64,000 nucleotides of DNA, taken from positions 9,795 to 73,794 of IMG/VR virus record IMGVR_UViG_3300046096_000285. One strand, written 5' to 3'. Numbering within the stretch: position 1 is the stretch's first letter; every line of letters starts with the position of its first letter. The stretch comes from a virus. The notes beneath the pieces are model-generated. The model had not been told where the DNA came from. It did no database searches and was given only the letters and a program-made list of their open reading frames with translations. Shown here one piece after another: positions 1 through 11,458 of the stretch. The translations under genes and the position numbers were made by a program.

Positions 1-257
1 GATTTATTGTTGATGTGGTTTACATCCCCTTCGCACTGCGTTTCGCCACTGTCATAAACAGTAACTGCAGGGAAGAAGTCTAGGTTGTGTACAACTGTCC
101 AGGTCTGAAGTGCAGATATTTGGCGGTGAACGTAGGCAACCAGAGTAGGAATACTTTCGGCACCAAGACCCGCGGGGCCTTGAGGGCCAGGAGCTGAGAC
201 TGTTACAGTCTGCGCATACTTTCCAGTTACAACTTTGTTAGGTGCATCACTAGCCAT
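1..257 (-). CDS. Partial virion-type protein with short collagen-like motif (runs off window start)
   Basis: ATG overlaps the stop of 257..616 (TAATG); reads MASDAPNKVVTGKYAQTVTVSAPGPQGPAG...WTVVHNLDFFPAVTVYDS, open to the window edge. Confidence 0.65.
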   Translation of the reverse strand, partial: MASDAPNKVVTGKYAQTVTVSAPGPQGPAGLGAESIPTLVAYVHRQISALQTWTVVHNLDFFPAVTVYDSGETQCEGDVNHINNK

Positions 258-616
258 TATCTAGTCACCTGTGCTTTCACGGCAAAGTTTCCCTGTACCA
301 ATCGGTATACATACTCACTGGAGCTAATAAGTTCTAGGTCATATACATATTTATCTGCTGGAATGACGGCAGTCTCTTGGCTAGTAGCCTTGATAGTTAT
401 GCTGCCATCTGTTGCGCCAAGCTCAATATGCCCATTATCAGTGGTGAACTCAGCAACTACAGTCTCGCTAGATACTGAAGTTCGGATCTGGAGACGAGCC
501 GAGTAGCCACCCAATTTAATTGGTTTGTTAGCCGGATCTTTCCAAAGAATGATTCGCTCTAAAGCTGAACCCTGAGTAGCTACGATATTATATAGACCTG
601 CTATATAATGGGTCAT
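257..616 (-). CDS. Phage structural beta-sandwich protein (tail/baseplate-associated type)
   Basis: 119 aa; QG..L...W, ARLQIR and YVYDLEL....VYRLVQG pattern typical of small phage virion proteins. Confidence 0.6.
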   Translation of the reverse strand: MTHYIAGLYNIVATQGSALERIILWKDPANKPIKLGGYSARLQIRTSVSSETVVAEFTTDNGHIELGATDGSITIKATSQETAVIPADKYVYDLELISSSEYVYRLVQGNFAVKAQVTR

Positions 617-670
617 AAGCGCCTCGTTCTAGGGAAGATGTAGTCCCTTTTATTTTACAACATTTAGAGT

Positions 671-1627
671 TTGGTAAGATTGACTGTGGTAAACTACCCC
701 CTTTTCTCTGAGCTCGGCGGAAGTACGCGTCAAATAAGACGCTTGCCGGACCCTGATGACAAGAACTGGTCTGCCTTTAATCCGTCTATTGCGTGGTCTC
801 CTAAGGGGTACGCAATGGCCATACGCTCCAGTAACTACGTAATCATGCCACCTACGGACGAGATTTACGTTGTAACTACTGGCCCTATCCGCAACCGAGT
901 CTGGTTCTGTGAACTAGATAGTGACTTCTCTATAAATAAAAGTACTTTGCGTCAAATTGACTTTAACTCTGGAGAGTACAACATAGTTTTTAAGCGTGGG
1001 GTGGAGGATGCAAAACTGTTCTGGCGCGGTGCTTGGTGGTTTACTGGAGTCATTCTTGAGCGTGAAGTCCCTACTGCTCGCATTGGACTCTTTGAGATTG
1101 TAGAGAACACTGCAATTCTCAGGGAATTTTTAGACTACAGCTGGATGAATCCAAAACGGGTTGAGAAAAACTGGATGGCTTCTTATGAAAAGAATCCGCA
1201 TTTTGACTATGTATATAGTCCGACATCTGTAGTACATCGCGGTGAGCTAAAAGAAGTACGTGAAATGACAGACGCTCTTATTGGTATTAGAGGTACTAGC
1301 CACTTGTGGGGGTTAGGAAATGGCAGCTATCTAGCAATTGTGCATAAGATGTACCCTAAGCCAATCGAGGTATGGGATCCACGGACCTTCTCGTACCGCA
1401 AGAGCGACATAAAAAACTACACGCACCTATTTGCTAGGTATAGCGCTGAAGGCGTCCTCACGGGGCTTAGCCAGGAGTTTCAGTTTGACTCTAGCGGGAT
1501 TGAGTTTGCTGCTGGGGTTGTGGTAGATGGCGGAGATGTCCATATCTCGTACGGTAGTAAAGATGTATCAAGTCATATCGCGACCATTAAACTTAAAGCA
1601 GTGATGAAACTGATCGAGGAGGTGTGA
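671..1627 (+). CDS. Glycoside hydrolase-like beta-propeller protein
   Basis: FNPSI, GVEDAKLF, EKNW, RGTS and IEFAAG...ISYG motifs of five-bladed propeller GH-like proteins; true start may be GTG 686. Confidence 0.6.
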   Translation: MVRLTVVNYPLFSELGGSTRQIRRLPDPDDKNWSAFNPSIAWSPKGYAMAIRSSNYVIMPPTDEIYVVTTGPIRNRVWFCELDSDFSINKSTLRQIDFNSGEYNIVFKRGVEDAKLFWRGAWWFTGVILEREVPTARIGLFEIVENTAILREFLDYSWMNPKRVEKNWMASYEKNPHFDYVYSPTSVVHRGELKEVREMTDALIGIRGTSHLWGLGNGSYLAIVHKMYPKPIEVWDPRTFSYRKSDIKNYTHLFARYSAEGVLTGLSQEFQFDSSGIEFAAGVVVDGGDVHISYGSKDVSSHIATIKLKAVMKLIEEV

Positions 1628-1845
1628 TGAGTACCGACCTACTTGAAAAAGTCAAAAGAGACGAGACTACTGGTGAAGAGAAGTTTGCTCACTATGCCGA
1701 AGCAGCTTCAGTTACTGAGGGCTACGTCATGGGTACCCCTGTTTTGGCAATATGTGGTAAGGTTTTTGTCCCATCTAGGGATCCAGAGAAGCTTAGAATC
1801 TGCCCGATTTGCAAAGAAATTGCGGATGCACTATTCTTAAATTGA
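1624..1845 (+). CDS. DUF3039 family protein
   Basis: FAHYA...GTPVLAICGKVFVPSRDP...CPICKEI, actinobacterial family signature. Confidence 0.85.
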   Translation: MMSTDLLEKVKRDETTGEEKFAHYAEAASVTEGYVMGTPVLAICGKVFVPSRDPEKLRICPICKEIADALFLN

Positions 1846-1943
1846 GCTTCTAAATTTGCCTTATACTAGAACTCCGCCTCCCAGGTTTATCTGAAAAATC
1901 TGGGAGATTTTTAACCTCTAAATCACCCTGAAAGGGTCTCCCA

Positions 1944-2171
1944 ATGCCGATTACTGTTTATACTCTGCCTTCCTGTGTCCAGTGCGACAGCACCAAGCGA
2001 GTATTGACTAAGAACGGTATCGAGTTCAATACTGTAGATCTTTCTACTGATGAGACTGCCATGGAAATGATTAAGACCCTGGGCTACCAGGCAGCTCCAG
2101 TTGTAATTGCTGGCGACGACCACTGGTCAGGCTTCCGCCCTGACAAGCTAAGCGCCCTAACTGCAGCTTAG
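1944..2171 (+). CDS. nrdH: Glutaredoxin-like NrdH
   Basis: CVQC active site, GYQAAPVV, WSGFRPD. Confidence 0.96.
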   Translation: MPITVYTLPSCVQCDSTKRVLTKNGIEFNTVDLSTDETAMEMIKTLGYQAAPVVIAGDDHWSGFRPDKLSALTAA

Positions 2172-2186
2172 TTAACGGCGATTGTC

Positions 2187-2612
2187 ATGTATGACATCGT
2201 CTATTTCTCGAGCGTCTCGGAAAATACAAAGCGATTTGTAGAAAAGCTACCCCCTGAGATAAGCTTGGCACGAATCCCGCTCAAGTGGGCTGAGGAAGCT
2301 CCACTACTCGTCAATCGAGAATATGTTTTAGTACTCCCTACCTATGGTGGCGGAGAGTATGAAAAAGCCGTTCCTAGGCAAGTAGTTAAGTTTTTAAATA
2401 TACAAAGTAACAGAGACCTTATCCGTGGCGTTATTGGCACAGGGAACACCAACTTTGGTGAACACTACTGTCTAGCCGCGGATGTCGTTGTAGCGAAAAC
2501 GGGAGTTCCGTTGCTACATCGAGTAGAAATTCTTGGAACACCCGACGACGTAATAAAAGTAAGCGAGAGGCTGGAGCAGCTATGGAAAACAAATACAGTT
2601 ACCACGAACTAA
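2187..2612 (+). CDS. nrdI: Flavodoxin NrdI
   Basis: [28 protein letters not shown]. Confidence 0.96.
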   Translation: MYDIVYFSSVSENTKRFVEKLPPEISLARIPLKWAEEAPLLVNREYVLVLPTYGGGEYEKAVPRQVVKFLNIQSNRDLIRGVIGTGNTNFGEHYCLAADVVVAKTGVPLLHRVEILGTPDDVIKVSERLEQLWKTNTVTTN

Positions 2613-4699
2613 ATGCAATGTTGAATCTTTACGATGATGAAGGAAAGATTCAGTTTGGTAAAGATAAAGAGGCAGCACGCGCTTACTTTCTGGACCACGT
2701 AAACCAGAATATGGTATGGTTCCATAACATCGAAGAGAAGTTGACCTACCTAGTAGACAATGACTACTACGAAAAGGAGGTCCTAGACCAGTACTCACCT
2801 GAGTTCATCAAGTCTGCTTTCCAGGCTGCGTATGCCCACAAGTTCCGCTTTGAGGCATTCCTTGGTGCATACAAGTTCTACACCTCATATGCTCTTAAGA
2901 CTTTCGAAGGTGACCGCTACCTAGAGCGGTTTGAGGACCGCGTTGTTATGAATGCCCTTGCTCTTGCACGTGGTGACGAGGAGCAGGTTCTAAACCTGAT
3001 TGACGAGATCATCTCTGGTCGTTTCCAGCCAGCAACTCCAACCTTCTTGAACTCAGGTAAGAAGCAGCGCGGTGAGTTCGTCTCGTGCTTCCTTCTTCGT
3101 ATTGAAGACAACATGGAATCTATCTCTCGTGGCATCAACTCAGCTCTGCAGCTCTCGAAGCGTGGTGGCGGTGTTGCTCTGAACCTGAGCAACCTACGTG
3201 AGTTTGGTGCTCCAATCAAGAAGATTGAGAACCAGAGCTCGGGCATCATCCCAGTGATGAAGCTTCTTGAAGACTCATTCTCGTACGCGAACCAGCTTGG
3301 TGCACGTCAGGGTGCTGGTGCTGTCTACTTGAATGCTCACCACCCGGACATCCTCCGTTTTCTAGACACCAAGCGTGAGAACGCCGATGAGAAGACTCGT
3401 ATCAAGACTTTGTCTATTGGTGTGGTTATCCCAGATGTGACTCTTGAGTTAGCTAAGACTAACGAAGACATGTACCTTTTCTCTCCTTATGACGTAGAGC
3501 GCGTGTACGGCGTACCTTTTGGGGACATCTCAGTCACTGAGAAGTACCAGGAGATGGTTGATGATGCTCGCATCAAGAAGACCAAGATCAAGGCTCGTGT
3601 TTTGTTTGAGCGTATTGCTGAACTTCAGTTTGAGTCTGGCTACCCATACATCATGTACGAAGACACCGTAAACGCTGCTAACCCTGTAGAGGGTCGCATC
3701 AACATGTCGAACCTCTGTTCAGAGATTCTTCAGGTAAACACCCCGTCTACCTTTAAGGCAAACCTTGACTATGACGAGATTGGTAGCGACATCAGCTGTA
3801 ACCTTGCATCTCTAAACATTGCTAAGGCTATGGAGTCCAAGGACTTTGGTATGACTATAACTACTGCTATCCGTGCTCTAACTGCTGTCTCGGACCTCAG
3901 CTACATCGACTCGGTGCCTTCTATTGCTGAAGGTAACAAGCGTGCTCACGCAATTGGTCTTGGCCAGATGAACCTCCATGGCTACTTGGGCAAGGAGCGT
4001 ATTCACTATGGTTCAGAAGAAGGCATCGACTTCACCAACATCTACTTCTACACTGTTCTGTTCCACGCGCTAGTTGCCTCTAACGAGCTGGCTATCGAGC
4101 GTAAGGAGACTTTCGTAAACTTCGAGAAGTCTAAGTACGCTGACGGTTCATTCTTTGATAAGTATGTAAACCAGGAGTGGAAGCCAGCAACTGCACGTGT
4201 TGCTGAGTTGTTCGCAAATGCCGGTATTGCAATTCCTAACCAGCAGGACTGGGAAGTTCTTCGTGAGTCAGTAATGGAGCACGGGATCTACAACCAGAAC
4301 CTTCAGGCAGTTCCGCCTACCGGTTCGATCTCATACATCAATAATTCGACTTCAAGCATCCACCCAATTGCTTCGAAGATTGAGATCCGTAAGGAAGGCA
4401 AGCTAGGTCGCGTTTACTACCCAGCCCCTTACTTGACCAATGACAACATGGAGTTCTTTGAGGACGCCTATGAGATCGGCCCAGACAAGATCATTGATAC
4501 CTATGCTGCTGCAACTCAGCACGTTGACCAGGGTTTGTCGTTGACACTATTCTTCAAGGACACCGCAACCACTCGCGATGTCAACCGTGCGCAGATTTAC
4601 GCATGGAAGAAGGGTATCAAGACCATTTACTACATCCGTATCCGTCAGATGGCACTCGATGGTACCGACATCGAGGGCTGCGTCAGCTGCATGCTCTGA
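2582..4699 (+). CDS. nrdE: Class Ib ribonucleotide reductase alpha subunit
   Basis: [28 protein letters not shown]-terminal CVSC. Confidence 0.98.
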   Translation: MENKYSYHELNAMLNLYDDEGKIQFGKDKEAARAYFLDHVNQNMVWFHNIEEKLTYLVDNDYYEKEVLDQYSPEFIKSAFQAAYAHKFRFEAFLGAYKFYTSYALKTFEGDRYLERFEDRVVMNALALARGDEEQVLNLIDEIISGRFQPATPTFLNSGKKQRGEFVSCFLLRIEDNMESISRGINSALQLSKRGGGVALNLSNLREFGAPIKKIENQSSGIIPVMKLLEDSFSYANQLGARQGAGAVYLNAHHPDILRFLDTKRENADEKTRIKTLSIGVVIPDVTLELAKTNEDMYLFSPYDVERVYGVPFGDISVTEKYQEMVDDARIKKTKIKARVLFERIAELQFESGYPYIMYEDTVNAANPVEGRINMSNLCSEILQVNTPSTFKANLDYDEIGSDISCNLASLNIAKAMESKDFGMTITTAIRALTAVSDLSYIDSVPSIAEGNKRAHAIGLGQMNLHGYLGKERIHYGSEEGIDFTNIYFYTVLFHALVASNELAIERKETFVNFEKSKYADGSFFDKYVNQEWKPATARVAELFANAGIAIPNQQDWEVLRESVMEHGIYNQNLQAVPPTGSISYINNSTSSIHPIASKIEIRKEGKLGRVYYPAPYLTNDNMEFFEDAYEIGPDKIIDTYAAATQHVDQGLSLTLFFKDTATTRDVNRAQIYAWKKGIKTIYYIRIRQMALDGTDIEGCVSCML

Positions 4700-4719
4700 G
4701 TGTGTGGTACCATAAATTC

Positions 4720-6196
<1,477 letters not shown>

Positions 6197-6205
6197 GTCA
6201 GACGG

Positions 6206-6236
6206 AAAGGCCATCCTTCGGGATGGCTTTTCTTTT
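6206..6236 (+). terminator. Rho-independent terminator of nrd operon
   Basis: GGCCATCC-TTCG-GGATGGCT followed by T tract. Confidence 0.85.
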
Positions 6237-6255
6237 ACCCTGGTAAGATGAGACC

Positions 6256-6441
6256 ATGCCTACTTATGAATTTTATTGCTCTGAGAATAAAGAGCACACC
6301 TATAGCGAGATCCGAAGTATTACTGAAGATCAGAAGAAGTTCACTTGCGCTGAGGAGGGGTGTGACGGTAAGCTATTACGTAAGTTCACTGCTCCACCAA
6401 TTACCTTTAAAGGTACTGGATTCCAGGGTGTGAACCGCTAA
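6256..6441 (+). CDS. FmdB-family zinc-ribbon protein
   Basis: MPTYEFYC...C....C...ITFKGTGF. Confidence 0.85.
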   Translation: MPTYEFYCSENKEHTYSEIRSITEDQKKFTCAEEGCDGKLLRKFTAPPITFKGTGFQGVNR

Positions 6442-6461
6442 CCGATAAAGAAAGAACTATC

Positions 6462-6779
6462 TTGGCCCTCAAAGACCTGAACCTATTTTCTAACTTCCCT
6501 GTCTTTGAAGATTATGGTGCACCTATATGTTCTGAAACTGATCCAGAACTTTTCTTTCCTCGAGAGCCGCTAGAAGGTATACGCTCTGTCAACGAGGTAT
6601 ACGAGAATGAAGCAGCAGCTAAGTCGATGTGCTCTCAATGCCCTTACCGTATGCAGTGTCTAGAGGCCGCTATTGTTGACCCGGAGACTCAGGGTATCTG
6701 GGGAGGGACTACTCAGCTAGAGCGCCGCAAGATGCTACGAGCTGCTAAGACTCGCCTCAAGCTATCAATGATAAAATAA
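6462..6779 (+). CDS. whiB: WhiB-family Fe-S transcription factor
   Basis: CSETDPELFFP, CSQCP...C, GIWGGTT..ER. Confidence 0.92.
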   Translation: MALKDLNLFSNFPVFEDYGAPICSETDPELFFPREPLEGIRSVNEVYENEAAAKSMCSQCPYRMQCLEAAIVDPETQGIWGGTTQLERRKMLRAAKTRLKLSMIK

Positions 6780-6829
6780 AACTACGCCTGGGAGAGGTGT
6801 AAATAACCATACCTATCCCGGGAGAAAAC

Positions 6830-7135
6830 ATGATTCTAGATATCATCTACCGCATCATCGCGGTATTTGTAGCAACAGCCTTGGCAACAATTGGAACCGG
6901 CTCGCTTGTCGGCGTGAGCATTGCTCAGTCTGCACTTATGGCAGGAGCTGGAGCTGTAGCTGCAGTTGTAGAGCGTCTTGCTCGCGCATTCATCGACGAT
7001 GGAAAGCTAACCATTGATGAGATCAATGCTGCATTCAACGTCAAGGACCCTAAGAAGACTGCCGACGGCACTAGCGGAAATGCTGGAACTGCTGTTGATG
7101 GCGTTGACGACGAAGAACACGAGCCTTACCAGTAA
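6830..7135 (+). CDS. Small membrane protein
   Basis: Two hydrophobic N-terminal segments then DDGKLTIDEINAAF; GGAG RBS. Confidence 0.6.
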   Translation: MILDIIYRIIAVFVATALATIGTGSLVGVSIAQSALMAGAGAVAAVVERLARAFIDDGKLTIDEINAAFNVKDPKKTADGTSGNAGTAVDGVDDEEHEPYQ

Positions 7136-7201
7136 ATCTCTTTACAAATTGGACCCTCCCCTATACAATAGGCGGAGGGTTTAATTTTAGGAGAGACAGT
7201 T

Positions 7202-7435
7202 ATGGATTTTGATGAGTGGATGGAACTCGGTATTAAGTTTGGCTACTGCGGTCCAGCAGTTTGCTACACGCACGATGGGCTACCAACCTCGGAGTTAGAG
7301 GACTCAGAGTTTGAAGAATCGGATCCTTGTATCCACATTATTCGACTTTATGAAGACCGAGCCACTAAGATGGGTGTAGAAGCAAATCACTCGCCTAGCG
7401 TTTGGCGTGCAACCAATCTCGGTATCGATGTATAA
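7202..7435 (+). CDS. Conserved actinophage hypothetical protein
   Basis: ORF with RBS; C..HDG.P and DPCIHIIRLY motifs. Confidence 0.6.
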   Translation: MDFDEWMELGIKFGYCGPAVCYTHDGLPTSELEDSEFEESDPCIHIIRLYEDRATKMGVEANHSPSVWRATNLGIDV

Positions 7436-7449
7436 TAGAGGAACTAGAA

Positions 7450-7578
7450 ATGGCTAAAGGTAAGGGTGGAGCACCAGCTCCAGCAAGCAAGACTAATGAC
7501 CGCCAGAATGGCAAGGCATCTAAGAAGCGCCCACTGAAGTTCGACGCTGCAAAGCGTCGTCTAGTAACTGATAACTAA
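7450..7578 (+). CDS. Small basic protein (42 aa)
   Basis: MAKGKGGAPAPASK...AKRRLVTDN; GAGGA RBS; below ORF-track cutoff. Confidence 0.55.
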   Translation: MAKGKGGAPAPASKTNDRQNGKASKKRPLKFDAAKRRLVTDN

Positions 7579-7590
7579 ATAGAGATTCAC

Positions 7591-7911
7591 GGGGATGACA
7601 GGTTTCGACGGTCATTCAACAAACTAGTGAAGCAAGCAGAGACGGCCACGCACTCTTAAGTGTGGCAAAAAACTAAATGCAAACTCACGTTCAGCATTCG
7701 CACTAGCAGCCTAAAAACTGCTAGACGCCCCTGACAAAGCAGTAGTTCTAGCTGGGCAGTCAGGTCTTAAATAAATAGAACAACACCAAGGGTTGCAGTA
7801 GGAGACCTTAAGATCCCACATCTGTAGTACCGTGGCTGGTAAAGCCTAAGCTTGTAGAAGAATAGTTAGTCCTTGATCGGACGGGGCTCTCGGATGCCCC
7901 CATCTCCACCA
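7591..7911 (+). ncRNA. ssrA: tmRNA, tag ANSRSAFALAA (7679-7714)
   Basis: 5' GGGGATGACAGGTTTCGAC, 3' CATCTCCACCA, G3-U70 acceptor pair, internal tag ORF ending ALAA-stop. Confidence 0.93.
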
Positions 7912-7984
7912 TGGCCTATAACTCAGTCGGTAGAGTGCCTCTCTGTTAAAGAGGATGTCGCAGGATCGAAGCCTGCTGGGCCAG
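7912..7984 (+). tRNA. tRNA-Asn(GTT)
   Basis: TGGCCTA/TGGGCCA acceptor; CCTCT-CTGTTAA-AGAGG anticodon arm; T loop ATCGAAG. Confidence 0.88.
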
Positions 7985-8070
7985 CGAAGGGCATGTACAC
8001 CTGATGGTAATACGCTGTGTGGGTGTCGACTCCTTTAGCACCTGAGCATGTGCTATCAAAAACTGCCCAT

Positions 8071-8141
8071 GCGGATGTAGCTTAGTGGTAAAGCCTCAGT
8101 CTTCCAAACTGATGATGCGGGTCCGATTCCCGTCATCCGCT
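8071..8141 (+). tRNA. tRNA-Gly(TCC)
   Basis: GCGGATG/CATCCGC acceptor; TCAGT-CTTCCAA-ACTGA. Confidence 0.92.
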
Positions 8142-8287
8142 CTAAATCCTTACGGGATGGCTCCATGTAAGGTCAGCCACCATGCTGGATATTGGTCGGG
8201 ATTTACGCCGTCATACTGTAGAGGTGTTTTGGGTTGACCGTTAAGAACCCACAGTGGTAGGCTTTTGCCAAGGGTGCTACCACACTT

Positions 8288-8360
8288 GCCTCAATAGCTC
8301 AGTTGGTAGAGCGCCATACTTGTAATATGGATGTCGCGGGTTCAATTCCTGCTTGAGGCT
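8288..8360 (+). tRNA. tRNA-Thr(TGT)
   Basis: GCCTCAA/TTGAGGC acceptor; CCATA-CTTGTAA-TATGG; GGTTCAATTCC. Confidence 0.93.
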
Positions 8361-8461
8361 CGGTACTTAGATGGCGTGTCAGCGGGTGTCTAAGCGTGTG
8401 CCCATTCTACGTAAACAATGGGTAGGGACTTGAGTTCTGACAAGCAAGATAGTCCCACCAA

Positions 8462-8535
8462 GTTGGTAAAGTGTTACGGTAGCACGGAGACCTCCAAAGT
8501 CTCAGGCCCAGGTTCGACTCCTGGTACCTTCGCCA
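8462..8535 (+). tRNA. tRNA-Trp(CCA) with two T-T mismatches in acceptor stem
   Basis: GAGAC-CTCCAAA-GTCTC; CCAGG-TTCGACT-CCTGG; encoded CCA; acceptor GTTGGTA/TACCTTC. Confidence 0.72.
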
Positions 8536-8581
8536 ACAGGCAGAGAAACGGTCACGGAGGCATCTGTGGCAAGTCAAACCT

Positions 8582-8664
8582 GGAGCTATAGTGTTAGAGG
8601 CAGCACGCGGAGGTCTGAATGCAGGACATAATCCGAAGCCCTGGTTCGAATCCAGGTAGCTCAT
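8582..8664 (+). tRNA. tRNA-like gene with expanded anticodon loop (Met-like remnant CATAA)
   Basis: GAGCTA/TAGCTC acceptor, normal D and T arms, CGGA..TCCG stem enclosing about 20 nt. Confidence 0.6.
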
Positions 8665-8699
8665 TTTAACTTTTTACACTTATCTGCTAGCATGTCATC

Positions 8700-9134
8700 A
8701 TGACTATAAGAGGAGAATCCGCTAGAAGCGGTCGTGGAGAATATCTACGTAACTATCAAAAGCCTTGGATTAGAGCTCGACGCGATGCGTTCATTGAATC
8801 ACGTGGCGGCGTATGTGTAAAATGCGGTTCAGCTGATCGACTAGAGGTTGACCACATCGACCGTAATAAGAAGACTATGCGAGCCAGCTCTATCTGGTCC
8901 CGTAATCAAACTAGTCAAGTAGTCCTTGATGAACTTGCCAATTGCCAGGTTCTGTGTCACGACTGCCACCAGCAGAAGACTAATGCAGAGCGACGTGCAC
9001 ATATCACTGAGCATGGAACTTATGCAATGTATAAAACAGTTGGGTGCCGTTGTGAGCCATGCACTAAAGAAAATGCCTTACGTGTTCGAGAGCAGCGAGC
9101 TGCTCGTAAGAGTAAGCTAGCTGAAGGTAGTTAA
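8700..9134 (+). CDS. HNH endonuclease
   Basis: CVKCG..LEVDHID...NCQVLCHDCH; C-terminal HGT..Y...GCRCEPC. Confidence 0.9.
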   Translation: MTIRGESARSGRGEYLRNYQKPWIRARRDAFIESRGGVCVKCGSADRLEVDHIDRNKKTMRASSIWSRNQTSQVVLDELANCQVLCHDCHQQKTNAERRAHITEHGTYAMYKTVGCRCEPCTKENALRVREQRAARKSKLAEGS

Positions 9135-9207
9135 TCTACTTTGAACTTTTAGATGTAAATTAATTGCTACTGAACTCACTAGTTCAAGTAACGTTTATCA
9201 TTAATGT

Positions 9208-9747
9208 ATGATAAATAAAATATGTGAAAAATGTTCTGTAGAGTTTAATAGTAAAGACAGTAGAACTAGATTCTGCGGCCATTCGTGTGCTGCAAGCGTT
9301 CGTAATATTGGGATATCTAGAAATAGAAAAAGACCTCTAAAATTATCTCCATGTTTATTTTGCAACTCGCCTTTGGTCAAATATCACAATAAAAAATACT
9401 GCAGCGTTAAATGCAGTAATGCTGCCAGAACAAAAAATAAGATAGATGCCTGGCTAGAAAATCCCGCTGGTGTTGCTAATACTAACGGTGCCCCAGCGTA
9501 TCTCAGGAGGTATCTGTTAGAGCAGGCAGAATATCGCTGCTCCACGCCTTCATGCGGTTGGTCTGGTATAAATCCAATTACGGGTAGATCTACTCTGCAT
9601 GTTGACCATATAGATGGAAATGCTATGAACAATACCCCTGAAAATTTAAGAGTTATATGTCCTAATTGTCACTCTCTCAGCGCTAATTATGGGTACTTAA
9701 ACAAGGGTAAATCGACTAGAAAAAGCTACTATAGGAAGCTAGGCTAG
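9208..9747 (+). CDS. HNH endonuclease with zinc-binding repeats
   Basis: FCGHSC, YCSVKC, LHVDHIDGNAMNN..ENLRVICPNCHS; AT-rich relative to flanks. Confidence 0.9.
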   Translation: MINKICEKCSVEFNSKDSRTRFCGHSCAASVRNIGISRNRKRPLKLSPCLFCNSPLVKYHNKKYCSVKCSNAARTKNKIDAWLENPAGVANTNGAPAYLRRYLLEQAEYRCSTPSCGWSGINPITGRSTLHVDHIDGNAMNNTPENLRVICPNCHSLSANYGYLNKGKSTRKSYYRKLG

Positions 9748-9754
9748 TTTAAAA

Positions 9755-9831
9755 CCTCCAGTATCGGCTCACTCTTATAAGGTGTAGGAACCGTAGTTGG
9801 TGGCACGCGGGTTCAAGTCCCGCCTGGAGGA
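9755..9831 (+). tRNA. Atypical tRNA-like element, anticodon TAT (Ile), no recognisable D arm
   Basis: Perfect CCTCCAG/CTGGAGG acceptor, GCGGG-TTCAAGT-CCCGC T arm, CACT-CTTATAA-GGTG. Confidence 0.55.
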
Positions 9832-9968
9832 CTAATGGTAAGGTTCAAGTATGAAGAAGAGAAACTCTGTAACTGGCTCCGGGATCGGCTGCGCTTTTAT
9901 TGTTCTTATCTTTGCCGGGTTATTAGTTTTAGTAGCCGTTATTCTCTGATAAGTGGTAAGCTATTCAC

Positions 9969-10415
9969 ATGCCTAAATCTACATACATTTCGATCGTAGT
10001 TAACGATCCCGCTCTACTTCCTACCTATGCTCGCGAAGGCGATGCTGGCGCTGATCTTCGCGCAGCTGAAGATCTTATCATCCCTGCTGGAGAACGTGCT
10101 CTCGTTAAGACTGGCGTAAAGCTTGCTCTGCCAGACGGTGTTGTTGCCCTTGTGCATCCACGCTCTGGCCTTGCTCTCAAGCACGGAGTAACTGTTCTCA
10201 ACACTCCTGGAACCATCGACTCTGGCTACCGTGGCGAGATTGGTGTGATCCTCTACAACACCTCTGAGCAAGACTTCGCTGTAGTAACTGGCGACCGTAT
10301 TGCTCAGTTGGTCTTTCAGGAGTACCTAACCGCTGACTTCTCTCGCGAGTCTTCTCTTGATGAGACAGACCGTGGCGAGGGTGGCTTCGGCTCTACCGGT
10401 ATTGGGGAAATCTAA
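9969..10415 (+). CDS. dut: dUTPase
   Basis: GDAGADL, PRSGLA, GTIDSGYRGEI, RGEGGFGSTG. Confidence 0.97.
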   Translation: MPKSTYISIVVNDPALLPTYAREGDAGADLRAAEDLIIPAGERALVKTGVKLALPDGVVALVHPRSGLALKHGVTVLNTPGTIDSGYRGEIGVILYNTSEQDFAVVTGDRIAQLVFQEYLTADFSRESSLDETDRGEGGFGSTGIGEI

Positions 10416-11122
10416 TGTCTGAAATTCAATTTCGTTCTGATGTAACCGTTGAGCTTATTGACTCAATGGGAGGAGATGATGCAGTTGTTCGCAGCGCTCG
10501 TGTGTCTACTAGCAGTGATAGTCGCAATGTTGATATGGGAACCCGGGAAGAGGGACTAATCAACTACTTGATGCGTGACCGCCATGGTTCACCATTTGAG
10601 CACAATGCCTTCACCTTCTTTATTGAGGCACCTATCTTCGTATTCCGAGAGTTCATGCGTCACCGCATCGCTTCGTACAATGAAGAGTCTGCCCGGTACA
10701 AGGAGCTTTCACCGGTCTTTTATGTTCCTGGAGATGACCGTAAGTTAATTCAAGTCGGTAAGCCTGGTGCCTACACTTTTGAAGATGCTAACTATTCTCA
10801 GATTAAAAGTGCTCAGTCGTTAACTCGTCTAGCTAGTGAGCGTTCATATGAGCTCTACAAGAAGATGCTTGATGACGGTATTGCTCGCGAGGTTGCTCGT
10901 GGAGTACTGCCTGTAAATATCTACTCGAGCATGTATGTAACTATGAATGCCCGTTCAATGATGAACTTCCTAAGCCTACGCACTATGCGCGAAGGTACCC
11001 ACTTTCCTTCATTCCCGCAGCGGGAGATCGAGATGGTTGCTGAGAAGATGGAAGAGTTCTTCGCGGAGAAGATGCCTATTACCTACGCGTCATTCAACAA
11101 GAACGGCCGCGTAGCTCCGTAA
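10415..11122 (+). CDS. thyX: FAD-dependent thymidylate synthase
   Basis: HGSPFEH, RHRIASYNEESARY, REVAR. Confidence 0.97.
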   Translation: MSEIQFRSDVTVELIDSMGGDDAVVRSARVSTSSDSRNVDMGTREEGLINYLMRDRHGSPFEHNAFTFFIEAPIFVFREFMRHRIASYNEESARYKELSPVFYVPGDDRKLIQVGKPGAYTFEDANYSQIKSAQSLTRLASERSYELYKKMLDDGIAREVARGVLPVNIYSSMYVTMNARSMMNFLSLRTMREGTHFPSFPQREIEMVAEKMEEFFAEKMPITYASFNKNGRVAP

Positions 11123-11221
11123 TGGCTAGACGCGGCTATCCTTGCAGGAAGCACCGGATTTGGTTTCTAGGTAGCTACTGCGTACAATGTTATAAAGAAC
11201 GCCGAGCAAAGGAACGTAACA

Positions 11222-11458
11222 ATGGATAAAGATGATGTAATCGTTTCAAAGGTCGGTAGTGCAGTTCGCGCAGCAATGGCTGCCAAAGAAGCGCTAACCA
11301 ATGCAACTGCCGAAGCAATCGATTCCGCATCTACATTTGGTTACGAGCTTGGCGCAGAGGACATGAAGCTCGGTCTTATCGAGATGTTCGAGAGTTCTGA
11401 CTCTGCTTGTGCTGCCTGGGCTATCTCTCAGATTGAATCTCATGTCAGCGCCGAATAG
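11222..11458 (+). CDS. Hypothetical protein
   Basis: ORF in operon context with RBS. Confidence 0.5.
   Translation: MDKDDVIVSKVGSAVRAAMAAKEALTNATAEAIDSASTFGYELGAEDMKLGLIEMFESSDSACAAWAISQIESHVSAE

Noticed and set aside
7995-8068. Hammerhead ribozyme
   Set aside because: CTGATGG and CTGAGCA do not match CUGANGA and no GAAA core is positioned
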